A program made the position numbers and the translations under genes. Below, in pieces: positions 24,251 through 37,707 of a stretch of DNA of 64,000 nt. Position 1 is the stretch's first letter. The number at the start of each line of letters is the position of its first letter. The notes under the pieces were generated by a model. It made no database searches, was not told the origin of the DNA, and saw only the letters and a list, made by a program, of their open reading frames with translations. Source of the DNA: Camelus ferus (Eukaryota); contig NC_045697.1 of the NCBI RefSeq assembly GCF_009834535.1, forward strand, positions 9,240,001-9,304,000, read 5' to 3'.

Positions 24251-26259
24251 GCCACTCACACTGGTTTTGACTTTAACCCTAAAATTTGATTTTTCTTTTC
24301 TGTATTCAATCTACTAGGTTTTATTCCCTTGCCCTTATAATAGCTAGTAGGTCCCTTAACCCAGACCCTTGGTTGCTTATATGCCTCAGCTACTCCCAAA
24401 GCAGAGTGAAGACCCTCAGACTTTTTGTGAATCTATTTTCTTTTTGGCATCTATACTTTGTATGATATTTCCATGGCTCACCTTGCCTTCTGGGCTAAAC
24501 TTTCATAATTCCATAAAATTTGTTCCATAAATACTGTCTTCCAAGAGTTAGTGCAAAGCAGAGCACAGAAATTAAGTCGACATAGTTCTCAATTCTAAGG
24601 AAGGCACATTCTAATCAATGATATAATGTATACATACACCTGACATAGATAACTTAGCATACAAGGCACAGATGAGAGAAACAAAGAATGTTATAGGAAC
24701 CAAGTTTTATAAGTATATAACAAAATATGTGCTTTAAAATATTTACATGTACACCTGTATTTTAAATAAATATATGAAATACACCATGACAATATAATAT
24801 TGACGTCAAATATATTAATATAAAATATACTGTATTTATGTTAAAATTTTATATCGTTACCTTTTTTTAAATTTGATCATGCAAGTGTGATTTTTCCCAT
24901 TTGTTCCATGCAGAGTGCTGGCGAGGACATCCGAGACTCCTTACAGAGGCAAATCTGCGCCAGAAACTAATTGAACACTGTATGCTTAGAGCAAAGTTAT
25001 TCTGAAACTTAGCTGTGATTATGTAAGAGAACTCTGGGACAGAAAAGAAGCTCAAAGGGCAGTGCACTTTGAAAAAAAAACTAGTTTAAAAGTGTTCCCC
25101 AGAATACTTTTAATTCCTGTGAGATTGCAAGTGAGATAGGAGGGAGGAGAGAGCGCAGTGCATTTGTTATTTTTAATGCCTAAGCACAGACTTTTGATTT
25201 TTCTAAAGAAATCTTCCCAAAGAGGGGAGGAGATTTCCAGCAGCCTTGGACATAATGGAAAGGCTATTCTTGGAAATGCATTCTAGAGCCAGGCTGGTAG
25301 TATTGTTGGCAGTAAGAATGATGCAACAATAGCTGCTGAAGGTTTAGAGATGCAGGAAAGCACATATTTCCATCAGAATGTAGTAGCACCAAGCCCTTCA
25401 TGTCTCGCACGTGACTATTAGGCATTCTCAGAATAAATCTTCCTGGGAGTACTCATTACCTTCATAGTAGTGGTTGTACCTGGGTCTGGGAAGGGCTCAA
25501 AAATAGCTACAACTACACATAAGCGTGCTGATAAAAAAGACCCCAAATCAACATCTCAGAACTGTTATCACATGTTATATCTCCTTGTTGGACACATTTT
25601 CATATTATCTTGTACACTCCTCTTTATGTCTGGATTTTTTAATAATAAAAGTATAGACAATTCAGATTTATTTCCAGTTTCTGATTCGGCTCATATATGG
25701 AGGACATGTTTTCTGGTGAGTTGTGAATTGGTGTGAAGGAAACACATGCTCGCACAAACACATGTGCAAAAAAGAGAATGTTTAGATTAAATATCCATTC
25801 TAGTTCATCAAAAATACAAAATCTTACCAGCAATGGTGTAGCTACACAGGGCAGGAACAGATGTAGTACTAATTCAGCCTGGCTTTTCTTGGTCCCCAGA
25901 ACCCTCGTTGGGGTCTTATAGTTGTCTGTCTCTTGCAAGGATGGGTATTACAGGAAGTGCAGAGTTCAATTTTCACATTATTGTTGCCCTTTTTATACAT
26001 GACCTTACATCATGCTTCTAGACATACTTCCACTTACACTACACATGCTTCTTTTTAAGAGATGCTCTCTAATGTTGAGCATTCCTTTCTAGAACCAGGT
26101 TCTGAGTCTGCAAGTTTACATACTTATTCAGGGGAGAAAACTGGGTCAGTGCCTGACATCCCAGAATAATTTTGCCCTTCGATTTTTAGCAGTTTGAAAA
26201 GAGCCCCTTCCACAACCTTTTAAACTGAAGGCTAACAGAAAAAATGGTAGATTATTTCC

Positions 26260-26950
26260 CCCAAGAATTTTAAATGAGAAATTGAGTAAATGATGGTTCC
26301 ATTTAAGAAGAAAAAGAAAATTAGTGGAAGAGGAGGTTTAGGAAAGGGAGAACTTAAGAATTATTTTTTGATCATATGTTTGAAAAGACTACTTGACATC
26401 CAAGGAAAGATTCCAAGTACACAGTTATATATAACCATGGGTTGTGTAGAACCAAATTCTACTGGTTAAAGAGAGCCATTTCACAGTAGTGGCTTAAAGC
26501 TGGTCACGCATTGAGAGCATTTGCACCATGAAAATCATTAACTGTTACAGGCCAGTATTTTTTTCTCTACAAAGCAGGTAGGAGGAATATATGGTACAGA
26601 GAGCTTCAATGAAGTACAACAGAAATGTCAGACTGAAGACTGAGATTTAATAGTCATCTGTTTATAGATAGTATTTAAAAATTGGATGAAGCTACCTTGG
26701 GAGTAAACACAGAGAAGAGATAAAGTCCAGAAACTGACATCTGGTTTCCTCCAGAGTTCAGAAGTGGGGAAGATGAGAAGTGGCAGCCATTTAAGTAAGA
26801 AGAAAACCAGGAGAACATGCCAAGGGGAGAGACTATTTCAAGAAAGAGAGACCAAGCAGTTGTGTCCAATCCTGGTGAGGAGCTGAATAAAATAGTGGTT
26901 GAACATCAACTCTTCATTTTGGCAATGTGGAGCCACTGGTGACACTGATT
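26260..26950 (-). mobile_element. L2 fragments
   Basis: Antisense L2 motifs such as GAAGAAAACCAGGAGA and TTTCAAGAAAGAG. Confidence 0.55.
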
Positions 26951-27559
26951 ACCTTTGTCCCATTGGTGGATGGCGTGGAGGTCTCATTGGAAGATGTTTA
27001 GATGAGGATGATGGCTTTCTTCTTCCTCAATTCACTTAATTACTTCCAAATTTTCTCCTGAAGCACAGGTTTTTCTAAGCTCTTTAAATAATTAATTAGT
27101 TAATTAATTACCTGTTTTTTTCTTACTTTATTCATTGTCTTTTGCACTTTCTTTAAATCATTTTCACTTAATAATGCAGGGAAGATGGTACTGACAAAGC
27201 ATGGCATGTTTAAGTGATACAAGCATTTGATGTGGTCCCATGGGAAGAATAGCTGGGATAAGGCTTTTGCACACTCTGCTTCCTCCAGCCTAGATTTGCA
27301 AACAATGTTTAAATATGGCAGGCATGACAAATTTGTTAGATTGGATATTCAATTTGAATGATTTTAATAAAATATTTTTGCAAATTGCTATAGCAAATAT
27401 TTGGATAGGGAAGTCTCAGACAGTGAGGGAGATATGTAAAGCAAATGAGAATAATAATAGATAATGTCTCATGTTTGAAAAATAGTTTTAGGTGGAGTAA
27501 AGGCAAGACAATGTACTGGCAATATAATCTGGATTTTATAAATTTGACTTTGAAGCTTA

Positions 27560-27810
27560 GTTTGGCAACCAAATACCTGGGACAACCCGTGTGACCTCAG
27601 CTAGCCATCAAGCCACTCTAAGCCTTTATTTTCTCTACTGTAAAACTGAGTGACAATTATAGTATCTTAGCATTGTTATGTGGATTAAAAGGGATGGTAT
27701 ACAGAAAGGGCTTAGTATCTGACTATAACTCAATAAAATTAAAAAAAAAAAAGAAAGGGCTTAGTAAAATATGTAGCAGCTAATAGTTACCTATAAATAG
27801 TAGCTAGAAT
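27560..27810 (+). mobile_element. MIR interrupted by a micro-L1 insertion
   Basis: GTGTGACCTCAG core, TTGTTATGTGGATTAAA, and tail ATAAATAGTAGCTA. Confidence 0.7.
27718..27751 (+). mobile_element. 34-bp extreme 3' tip of a young L1 plus poly(A)
   Basis: TGACTATAACTCAATAAAA is identical to the reverse complement of 11765-11783. Perfect 15-bp TSD AGAAAGGGCTTAGTA (27703-27717 and 27752-27766). Confidence 0.9.
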
Positions 27811-28429
27811 AAAAAGGGAAGTGTGTTTGGAGAGATGATGTTTTGACACACTAGTGACTACTCAGAAGACGCATTTGCGTTAACTCTGAGAGGTTGTTGG
27901 CTAGTGAAAGGAGATCACATTGGGGATATTTTAACCCCTATTACTGCTCATGTTCAGATGCATGCTGAGAAATGCTGAGGTCCTCAACTCTCTTTTTCTC
28001 TAATATTCCATTCTCTTACCTTGTAGACACTGAAATGGTCAAGACTGGCTGAACTGGAAGGGAGAAAGAAGCAGAAAAAAAGTGCTTTAAATATTTGGAC
28101 CAAGTATGTTGGGTCGAGACTGCTTATTTAATATATGAACAGGTTATAAACTGGCAAGGCCAATGAGCTCATCAACACCAAGGTATTCAACATCATTCTC
28201 TTGAGTTCATGAACCATCATCTCATTTAAAATATACTGAGGTTGTCTAGCCCAATTGCCTTATTCCACAGGAGAGTCCCTGAGACCTAGAGGGAAAGTGA
28301 CTCAGCTAGACTCCTGAACCAGCCGCTTCTGTGTAAACCAGATAATGTATAAGAACTTCTCTGTGCAGTTCAACATAACGAATGGAGTTCCTCGAGCCTT
28401 TCACTCTTATGGACATTTATTTCTTTTAA

Positions 28430-28610
28430 TATATAGAACCCTGAAGGCATTATAGAGATTATCTAGATCCAAGACCTTATTTTTCAGAGGAAGAAATGAA
28501 TGCATGAAGAGGAGAAATGGATTGCCCCAAGGTCAACTAATGGTACAGCTGAGATAGGAATCTATGTTTCCTGACTTTCAAACCATTTCTCTGTCCACTA
28601 AAACAGAATA
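28430..28610 (-). mobile_element. MIR fragment
   Basis: TTTTTCAGAGGAAGAAATGAA...GATTGCCCCAAGGTCA...TTCCTGACTTTCA. Confidence 0.7.
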
Positions 28611-29329
28611 CTTGGAGGATGCTAAGACTCCAAAGGACATGTAATTGGATTCTTAGACACTGTCAAATATTAAGAATGAATAGTTGCAAGTTCTTCATTT
28701 AACAACGGCCAAGACACTCATCTTGCTTTTCCCCTGAGAAATATCAGGCTAGAGACTGGTTTTGCAAGCTTTTCTTCTAAGATACAGACTCCCTGGGCGT
28801 GCAATGTTTTATTTTTCCTCAGTGAGTTGGCCTAATGCCTAGAGCTCCCATTAGGTTTCCAGCAAGTCTTTTCTGTAAATTTGATGAAGAATAGTATTTA
28901 TTTATCTTAAAATATGTATCTTCTAGAATATTTTGCTTCTATTTACAAATGCTGATGAATACAATCTGATTATGTGGGTGGGATTCACTGAGACTTTGGT
29001 TATTAAATGTTTATTTCCTGGGGTAAGAAAAGATTTTACCCTGTCTTCAATGAGCATGGTTGGCATTATCTAAGAAGTTTTGGAAGTTAAATTTGCTGAG
29101 GCATCTGAGAGAAGCCAAATATCGTTGTGTACATTTAATCCACGATTCTTTGACTCAGCTCATTCTCCACATTTTCCCCCAATTTTGGTCAGCCTTGGGC
29201 AAAAAATACTGTACAATTTTGGAGTAAGTATAACTTTTTCTTGTGTTAAATGTTATGTGTGACATTACTTAGTCTTTCTCTTAAAAGTGTTATGGATTTT
29301 ACTATTTTATTACTTTTTAGACATGTCTA

Positions 29330-29970
29330 TTGTTTGTGAATGGGCTATAAATTCACAGAGTATATCTATATCTATTTATAAAAGTATACAGTACAAAGTT
29401 GCTTCACATTCTATCCTCCAACTACTCAGTTTCTACTCTCCCTTCTTCAATAGGTGCTCATTATTATTGGTCTCTTGTGTATTTCCAATTATTTTTTACA
29501 AGATTAAACACAAATATATATTTCCTGGAATTTCCAACTTTTTTCAAATATTAACATCTCTACACTCTTGATCTACATATTCATATTTTCACTTGACAAT
29601 ATATCATCGCTATCTTTCCATGCTGTTTGACAAAGAACTCCACAATTGGCTAAGCAAGCTTCACATTCCATTTTAGACTATCATCTTGTTCATGGACATC
29701 TGGATTATTTCTAATCTTTTGCAATTAGATATGATGTTGCAACAAATACTATTATAATATGTCATTTAAAGGTAAATAGAGTGTAAGTTCCTAGAAGTAT
29801 ATGTAATTGATAAATCAGGGGGAAAAAAAAGCATTTGTAACACTGATAGCTATAGACAAATTACTTTCTGTCTGTCTTGTACTAGCAATTTAATAACATA
29901 TTTCTTCACAGCTTTGCCAACATAATGAGTTATAAAAATTTAGATTTTCTTAACAGTCTGATAAATCAAA
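29330..29970 (-). mobile_element. Ancient L1M 3' fragment
   Basis: TGGACATCTGGATTATTTCTAATCTTTTGCAATTA and related antisense L1 motifs. Confidence 0.6.
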
Positions 29971-30124
29971 ATATGTTTCAGGCTTGTGCTTCTAGAAAAT
30001 ACGAAATAGTTTATAGGTCAATGAAAAAACAGAAAAAAAGTATAGATTACAACAATCATGTTTTCAAGATAGTGGAAAGTTGTAGAAATAATGAAGTCAA
30101 GATAAAATACAATTCCATAAAATA

Positions 30125-30755
30125 AAGAGCACTTAGGTCCACATAAAATCTGCATAGGATTGTTTATGGAAGCTTTTCTCATAATTTCCAAAACTTGGGA
30201 GGAAACAAGATGTCCTTCACTAGGTGCATGAATCAAGAAGCTGTGGTTCGTCCAGATAATGGAACATTATTCAGTACTAAAAAGTAATGAGCTATTAAGC
30301 TGTGAAAAGACATGGAGGAATTGTAAAGGCTACATACTGTATAATCCTAACAGTATGACATTCCGGAAAAGGGAAAACTATGGAGAAAGTAAAATGATCA
30401 GTGGTTGCCAGTTCTTGGGTATGGGGGAAGGGTGGACAGGCAAAGCACAGAGGATTTTTAGGGCAATGAAAATATTCTGAGTGATATCATAATGATAGAT
30501 ACATGTCATTTTACATTTTTCAAACCTACAATGTACAACACAAGGGTGAACTGTAACGGACTTTGGATGATTATGATGTGTCAATGTAGGCTCATCAATT
30601 ATAACAAATGTGCCAATTTGGCAGGAGATGTTGATAACATCTCCTGGAGTTTATGCATGTGTAGGCCAGGACATATATGGGAAAACTCTCTACTTTCCAT
30701 TCACTTTTGCTGTGAACCTAAAACTTATCTAAAAATAAAGTCTCAATTAAAAATT
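30125..30755 (+). mobile_element. L1MC-type 3' end
   Basis: AAGACATGGAGGAA...AAAGGCTACATACTGTAT...GATCAGTGGTTGCCAG...GCTGTGAACCTAAAACT...AAAAATAAAGTCT. Confidence 0.85.
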
Positions 30756-30759
30756 TGAT

Positions 30760-31290
30760 AGAAAGAACTAGTAAATATTTAAAAACTAAAATTATGTTAA
30801 AGAATATAGAAGCAAAAGTAGATGAATAGAAAAAAGACAGTTAATTTCAACAGATGAATTGAATTGATAAAAAGTCAAATAGATACCCTAGAACTGACCA
30901 AATACATACTCATCTAGCATTAAGAACTCATTGAATGATTTAGCAGCAGCCTGGACACCAAAGAAGTTAGAACTGAGAACCTCAAAAATAAACCAGTAGA
31001 GGATGTACCCATACTGAAGCACAAAGAGAAAAGGGATGAAAAACCAGACACAATGCAAGGGACACAGCCAAAATATTTCACATGTGTATAACAGGAGTCC
31101 TAGATGGAAAGAAAAGAACGGGTTAGAACCAATGTTCAAAAGGACAATGGCCTAGAATTTACGTGTAAACTTATTCATATATCAACCCACAGTTTCCAGG
31201 AGTTCAGCAGATGCCAACAAGATAAAGAAAATGAATCCTGGGTACATTATGGTCAAACTTCTGAAAACCAAAGATAAAGAAAAATTTAAA
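30760..31290 (+). mobile_element. Decayed L1 ORF1 fragment
   Basis: A-rich, with GTCAAACTTCTGAAAACCAAAGATAAAGAAAAAT typical of L1 ORF1. Confidence 0.7.
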
Positions 31291-31294
31291 AGAA

Positions 31295-31305
31295 TGAGTG
31301 TGTGA

Positions 31306-31341
<36 letters not shown>
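31295..31341. repeat. Compound (TG)n(GA)n microsatellite
   Basis: Seen directly. Confidence 0.9.
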
Positions 31342-32999
31342 AAGCCTACATTTTGTCATCAAAGAAGCGAACATAAGACACAGAAGAGTGAAAATGCTAG
31401 GTCATAATTTTGGTAAGTGTTTAACTCTCTTAAAAATTGAGAAAAAGCTTTTTACAAAAGTAGTTGTACTATTTTCTAGCCTTACCAGCAACGCAGAGGA
31501 GTAAAAGTATCTCTACACTGATGAGGGGATATCTGAGCTGCAGCTTGAATGAGTGTAGCTGGCCATTTGAAGATCTGAGAATAAAGGAATTCCAGACAGA
31601 GCAACGCCAAGCTCAAAGAATCTGAGGCATTTCTATGTAGTTATTTCCATGAAACATCAAATGTAATGCAGTTAAAATCTTCTCACCATTGGCCCCCTTG
31701 ATAGACCTTAAGTTTGATTCAAACTTTATCAAGAGATATTTCTGATGGCATATAAGAGACTAGACTTTCCCCGGTTTTATGAAATGGTTGAGAAGGATCT
31801 ACTGATTGTTATTCCATGCACTATTAAATAAAACTGCCTTAGTTTCCTATTATGTAAGTGTAGCATAATCAGCACCATTTTGATAGACATTTAGATTATT
31901 TCTATTTTACTTTAAAATGTAATACAAAACTTACCTTGTAATATCATTTTGAAACTGTGTACATTTATAAATTGTATGAATTCCGTAAGCATAACTACTG
32001 AATAAAAAAAGAAAACACTTGTAATTCAAGAGACATTTAAAAAATGAACTTACCAATGTGTCCTCAAAACTGTATTACCAAGATCCACTTAACAAATTAG
32101 AATACGGTGAAACTCAACACACTGGTTTTAGAATAGGTCACTTTTTTTTTTTTGCCATTAATTAACATTCAATTTCTTAGCCTTTTCTAATACCTCAAAA
32201 TGTATTTGGAAATCTCACTGCAGTCTTTAAATCAACAGAAATTTTCTCTAATTCTTACTTCAGCTTTAAATTTCTAAAAACAGGAATAATTCTGAGAAAA
32301 TTAATGTAAAAAGTCCCAGAATTTCTGGTCTTTACCAAAAATAAGGAATCTAAAGACAGAAACTAAAGGTGTATTTTAGGGTCAATTTATACAGTATTTA
32401 CCTTAAACGCAATTTTGTCCTTGGCTTACAAGTTCTTTAAAAAGATCCCATTCTTTGGAATTTCCATAATATGATACATCTATATTTTATTATGTAATTC
32501 TCAAAATATCTTAAGATTAGGAATAGTTGACTCTATAATAATAGGTAACATTACTGAGATAACTATGTGTCAGATAAATGCGATATTATATTTTTACATA
32601 TAGTTCTACATACATAGAGTACATACATTTTAAAATACACAATTCTAGCCACAGTCCTATAAATAGTTCTTATTTTTATATAGTACATCTGGGGAAAATG
32701 AGATTCATTCAGAAAAAAAAAAATAACGTGTAAACACCATAAAATTTTTGAATAGTTGAAGTCGAATTCAAGCTCAGATATTTCAAAAAAAAGGTGGTAA
32801 GCTGAATATACCATTGCTGATTCAAAAATCAAGGTAATGGAGTTTGAGAAATGCAGTAGTTTCCAAAAAGTTATATAAATAATTCACTATAATATTTTTG
32901 TGAGGTAGATAACCATCAAAAGATCTACTAATTACTCTCTGCATATTTCACCGAAGGTTGAAGGACAAAGTCAGTGCAAAGGTATAGCAAGTGGGCTTA

Positions 33000-33322
33000 A
33001 AGGCCCTTTGGTTGAACTTGCACCCACCCTTCTTCTATGGCAGTGATGTCATTAACTCAAACTTGATACATGTGGATGGTTCTGAGAAAAATGCACATGC
33101 TTTCTGTTTTCTTACTAAGGTGACTGGAAGCATGTTCTCTTGATGGATAGATGTAATAAGGCAGAGTCTCTAAACTTGGGTCCTCTATTGACCTGAGTGG
33201 TTCAGAGACCCCTCCCTATCTTCGTTAACACGCAGCATGAATGAGAAGTAACGCTTTGATGTGTTAATCCTCTGAGATTTTAGTTTGTTACCACAGTTTA
33301 ATTTATCCTACCCTGATCAATG
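33000..33322 (+). mobile_element. MLT1-family LTR fragment
   Basis: GCATGAATGAGAAGTAA...CTGAGATTTTAGTTTGTTACCACAG...CCTACCCTGA 3' end. Confidence 0.65.
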
Positions 33323-34349
33323 TTCTACAACATAAGATTTTTGTGAGGATTAAATGTTTATACAACGTCTGTCACATAGTCCACACTCAACAATTCCTAG
33401 ATATTATTATCAGACATTTACAATTCCTTAAGTTACTCTACATGCTTTACAAAGACCTTTGGAGGAAAATACTAAAAATTTAATCTAGGACCAGAAATAC
33501 AGTTATAAATGTGCAAGATCACCTTTTAGCATAGTTTCCTGACAAAAATGCAGCTAAAATAAATAATGATTTTCTACCACTGACACATTCTTTCAAAAAT
33601 AATCCTTAATTCCTGAAATTCAACCAAAATTGATGAAAGTAATGAAAAATTTCTTTAGATAAAGGATTTATTATCTGCAAAGATGCATTAATCTGTTTAT
33701 TCATTCATTTATTTACTAATTGTTCTTGATTCAATAGTTTAGGAAACATATATTGAGCTATGATTGGCTATTTCTGTCTTGGTTTTGATAGGGAATCCTA
33801 GTGATGTGGGACATCTGAAGTTGATGGGAGACACGGAGAGGTTCCCACACAAGTCGAAATGGGCCAGAAAGAGAGGACTGAGTGTCTTGGTGGCCCCATC
33901 CGAGAAGGTGAGAAAGGCACGGCAGAAAGTGTGGGTGACTATGCCCTAGAAGGCCAGCACTAAAACATACTCAAGAGACACTGAGGAAGAGGGCACCCAC
34001 TCAGGGGTTGTCTGTGGGCATGGGAGACTATGACGGCTGTAGCAGGGACGGGGAAGCTGAGAAGTAAGAGAAAGCACTGGAGGCTGCGGGACCAATGTGA
34101 TGAGTAGAAGGGGCCTCTCTGAAGATGGTGAAGGCCAGCACTGCTTGTGCCCATGGGGTCTTTAACACCTCTGACAGTGCTGGCATGCTAGGGGGTGTGC
34201 CAGACCCATCAAAAGCACTTCTAGCAGAGGCTGAATATGAGGCAGAACTGGGAATCAGCAACTTGTACCACAAGGCTGTTGGAGGGATAAAATGAAATTT
34301 GCTATTTATATAAGAAACTACTTTATTACACACACATGGTGTTTTACAG

Positions 34350-34800
34350 TCATTTAGTTATTTATCTGTTTAAAAATATTATTGACAACCTATTCTGTTA
34401 GGAACAGTTTTAGGTTTTGGAGACTCAATGATGAATAAAACCAACTAGTCCTATGCCCTCTGGGAGCTAGTATTTAATGGAAAATAAACTTCTGATAGAA
34501 GAGTAAAAAAATAAGCATATGATGCAATATCAGGTGGTAATAGGTTCTGTGAAAAGGAATAAAGCATGGTCAATAAATAAGGGATAATGAGGTTTTATAA
34601 GTGGAGATTATCTAAGATTTAATGAATGTTATACAAATAAACTTTGATAAAAATGGAATGTATTCAAGGTCAGATCTCTCAAGGTGAAGGAAACATTTTG
34701 TCATGGAGAGAATCCTGAGGCAGAGAGAACAATGATTGTGAAAAGGAGGGGAATGTTCTAAAGTGGCAGAAATGGGAAAAGAGAGGAATGTCTCTGACCC
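34350..34800 (-). mobile_element. L2 3' fragment
   Basis: AATATTATTGACAACCTATTCTGT...GTCCTATGCCCTCTGGGAGCT antisense L2 tail. Confidence 0.65.
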
Positions 34801-35199
34801 AAGAGAGACCACATACAGAGTCAACAAGTCTTCTGTTCTTCAAACGCTCCAAACACAGTCTACTGGAGATATCGCTTTATAGTATCTTTCATTATTGTCT
34901 CTAAAAGTTATTTAAAAATGTGACTGCTTTTAGATTAGCTTGTTAACTTGTGGAGAGAAAGAATTATATCTGCTGAGAATTATATCTTTATACTTAAACA
35001 TCTATGTACAAGGCTACTCATGACCTTAAAAGGACAGAAAATAGAAAAATACAAGAGAATTTGATTAACTATGTAATGACACACTCACATGAAGAACTAG
35101 TATTCAATATTTAACATTGTGCTTTAAAATATTTACTAATGGAAGAAATGCTCAAAAATTAATGTTAAGTGAAAAACTGAGATGAAATTTTAAGAACAT

Positions 35200-37707
35200 C
35201 TGGTTTCTGGTTCCATATATAAGAAGCGTGAACGTTTCCTACTCTTTTTTAACAACAAATTAAAAAATGAACAGACTGAAAAACAACTCTTTTTGGATTT
35301 ATTAAAGAGGTGAGGATGTAGGGCAAACACTGCCTCCGAGATCAGATGGACAGACTGGTGAATGCAGGCGGTCTTACCAGACTTACTGTTAGGCTTCCTG
35401 GAGCAGAGACTCCCAAGTAGAAGCCATCCTGAGAACCAGTTCCAGGGGAGGAAAACTTGAACCGTGATTGAACAATGACTGGGGACTTAGCGTGCACAAG
35501 TCTGACAGAAAAACAAAGCAAAAAAAAAACAAAAAAACAAAAAAACAAAAATAAAAACTCCGGGGGCACCCAGTCAGTCATGGGGAAGTCTCAAGAGTTT
35601 TGCGAGTTTTACCTCCAAGAACGCAACCAGGTTCTCATAGTAACTATTGGAGAAAAATTCCTTCATGCTTCTGGAAAAAGGTACCATTTTGAAATGCACC
35701 AGAGCACTCTGTTCTTAAAAGGACTGCCCTCAGGAGAAACTAGCTAACCAGGGCCTAATCTGCTGGGGTGTTATCAGGGCCAAACCGACCTGAGGGAAAG
35801 GAAATACTCAACTCTAGTCAGCTCTAGCCATCCTCTCTCACCTAAGTGAAGAGAAATAAAACTGAGAAACACTTGTGAAGTTTATAATCCAGATGCATAG
35901 GGTCATTAAAAGACTAGGACCTAATCATAGGACTATAGAATGCTTCTCCTACCCTCCCACTCCAACACCTTATCACCACACTAGAAAAGGTCTACTTACA
36001 GCAGTTCCTTTTACCTAGTACATCATGTTTGGCTATCAAGAAAAAAATTATAAGGCATACCAAAATAAAAAAAAAAAAATACAACCCCTGCTAAAAAAAC
36101 CCAAAAACAAATGAACAAATTCCTCACTATTTTAAGAGACAGAGCAAACATCAGAATCAGACATGGCAGGGGTGTTGGAATGATCAGATTGGAAATTTAA
36201 AACAATTATGATTAATATGCTAAGGATTCTAATAGGTAAAGTAGACAGCATGCAAGATCAGATGGGCAATGTAAGCAGAGAGATGGAAATTCCAAGAGAG
36301 AATCAGACAGAAATGCTAGAAATTGAAATCATTAACAGAAATGAAGAATGCCATTAATGAGCTTATTAGTTGATTGGAGATGGCAGAGTAAAGAATGTCT
36401 GAGCTTGAGGACGTATCAGTAGAAACCTCAAAAGCTGAAAAGCAAAGAGAATAAGGATTGGAAAAAAACAGAGCATCACCTGCAAGAACTGAGAAACAAC
36501 TATGAAAGATGTAACAGACATGCAATGGAAACATCAGAAGAATAAGAGAGAAAGGAACAGAAGAAATATTTGAAACAGTAACAACTGAGAAGTTCCTCCA
36601 GATTAATGCCAAACACCAACCCACAGATCCAGGAGGCTCAGACAATACCAAGCAGGATACATGCTAAAAAAATTCAGTAGGCATATCATCTTCAAATTAC
36701 AGAAAATCAAAGATAAAAGAAAGATCCTGAAAGAGACCAGAGGGGAAAAAAAACCTTATCTATTGAGGAGAAAAGATAGGAATTAAATCTGACATCTCAG
36801 AAACCATGCAAGCAAGAACAGAGAATGGAGTGAAATATTAAAGGGTTGAAAGAAAACAAAAACAAAAAATTTCTATCTAGAATTCTTTGCCCTGTGAAAT
36901 TATCCTTCAAGAGTGAAGGAGAAAAATGACTTTCTTAGAGAAACTAAACTTGAGGGAATTTGTTGCCAGTAGACCTGCCATACAAGAAATGTTAAAAGCA
37001 GTTCTTTAGAGAGAAGGAAAATGGCTTAAGTCAGAAACTAGGATCTATGTAAGAAAAGGAAGAACATTAAAGAAAGAGTAAGTGAAGGTAAAATAAAACT
37101 GCTGTTTTTCTTATTTTCATTGACATGACAGATAACAGTTTGTTAAAATAATAATAGCAACACTGTAGTTGATTATGTTTGTTTATACATATATATATGT
37201 ATGCATATGTCCATGTATATATATGTATATGTATGTGTGTATATTTATATATGTGTGTACATATTAGTGCTTATAAATATATGTACATGTGTGTATGCTC
37301 ATCTAGTACATAAGTGAAGTGAATGACAACAATGATACAAGGCTCAGGAGGGAGGAAGAATTAGGGTAATTTTGTTATTATAAGGAACTCTTATTAAGCA
37401 TGAAGTAGCAAAGTGTTATTTCAAAGTGGACTTGGATTAAACATGCTCATTTAAAACCAAAAAGTCAGAAAAAGAATGAGAGACAAAAATAAGAACAAAG
37501 AACAAGGCCAATAAATGGAAAATAGTAACAAGTATGACAGATATTAATCCAACCATATCAATAATCACTTCAAACATCAGTGGTCTAAATATACCAATAA
37601 GAAGACAGATTGTCAGAGTGGATGAAACAAGACCCACCATATGTTGTCTATAAGAAACCCACTATAAAGACACATACAGATTAAAAGTAAATGAATGGAG
37701 AAAACAT
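35200..37707 (+). mobile_element. Ancient L1 (L1MC/L1M4-like): 5' UTR, decayed ORF1 and start of ORF2 endonuclease, 3'-truncated
   Basis: ORF1 coiled-coil-like text at about 36150-37030 (MLRILIGKVDSMQDQMGNVSREMEI). ORF2 endonuclease N-terminus at about 37540-37705 (ISIITSNISGLNIPIR, then frameshifts and stops, then KDTYRLKVNEWRK). Confidence 0.85.
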
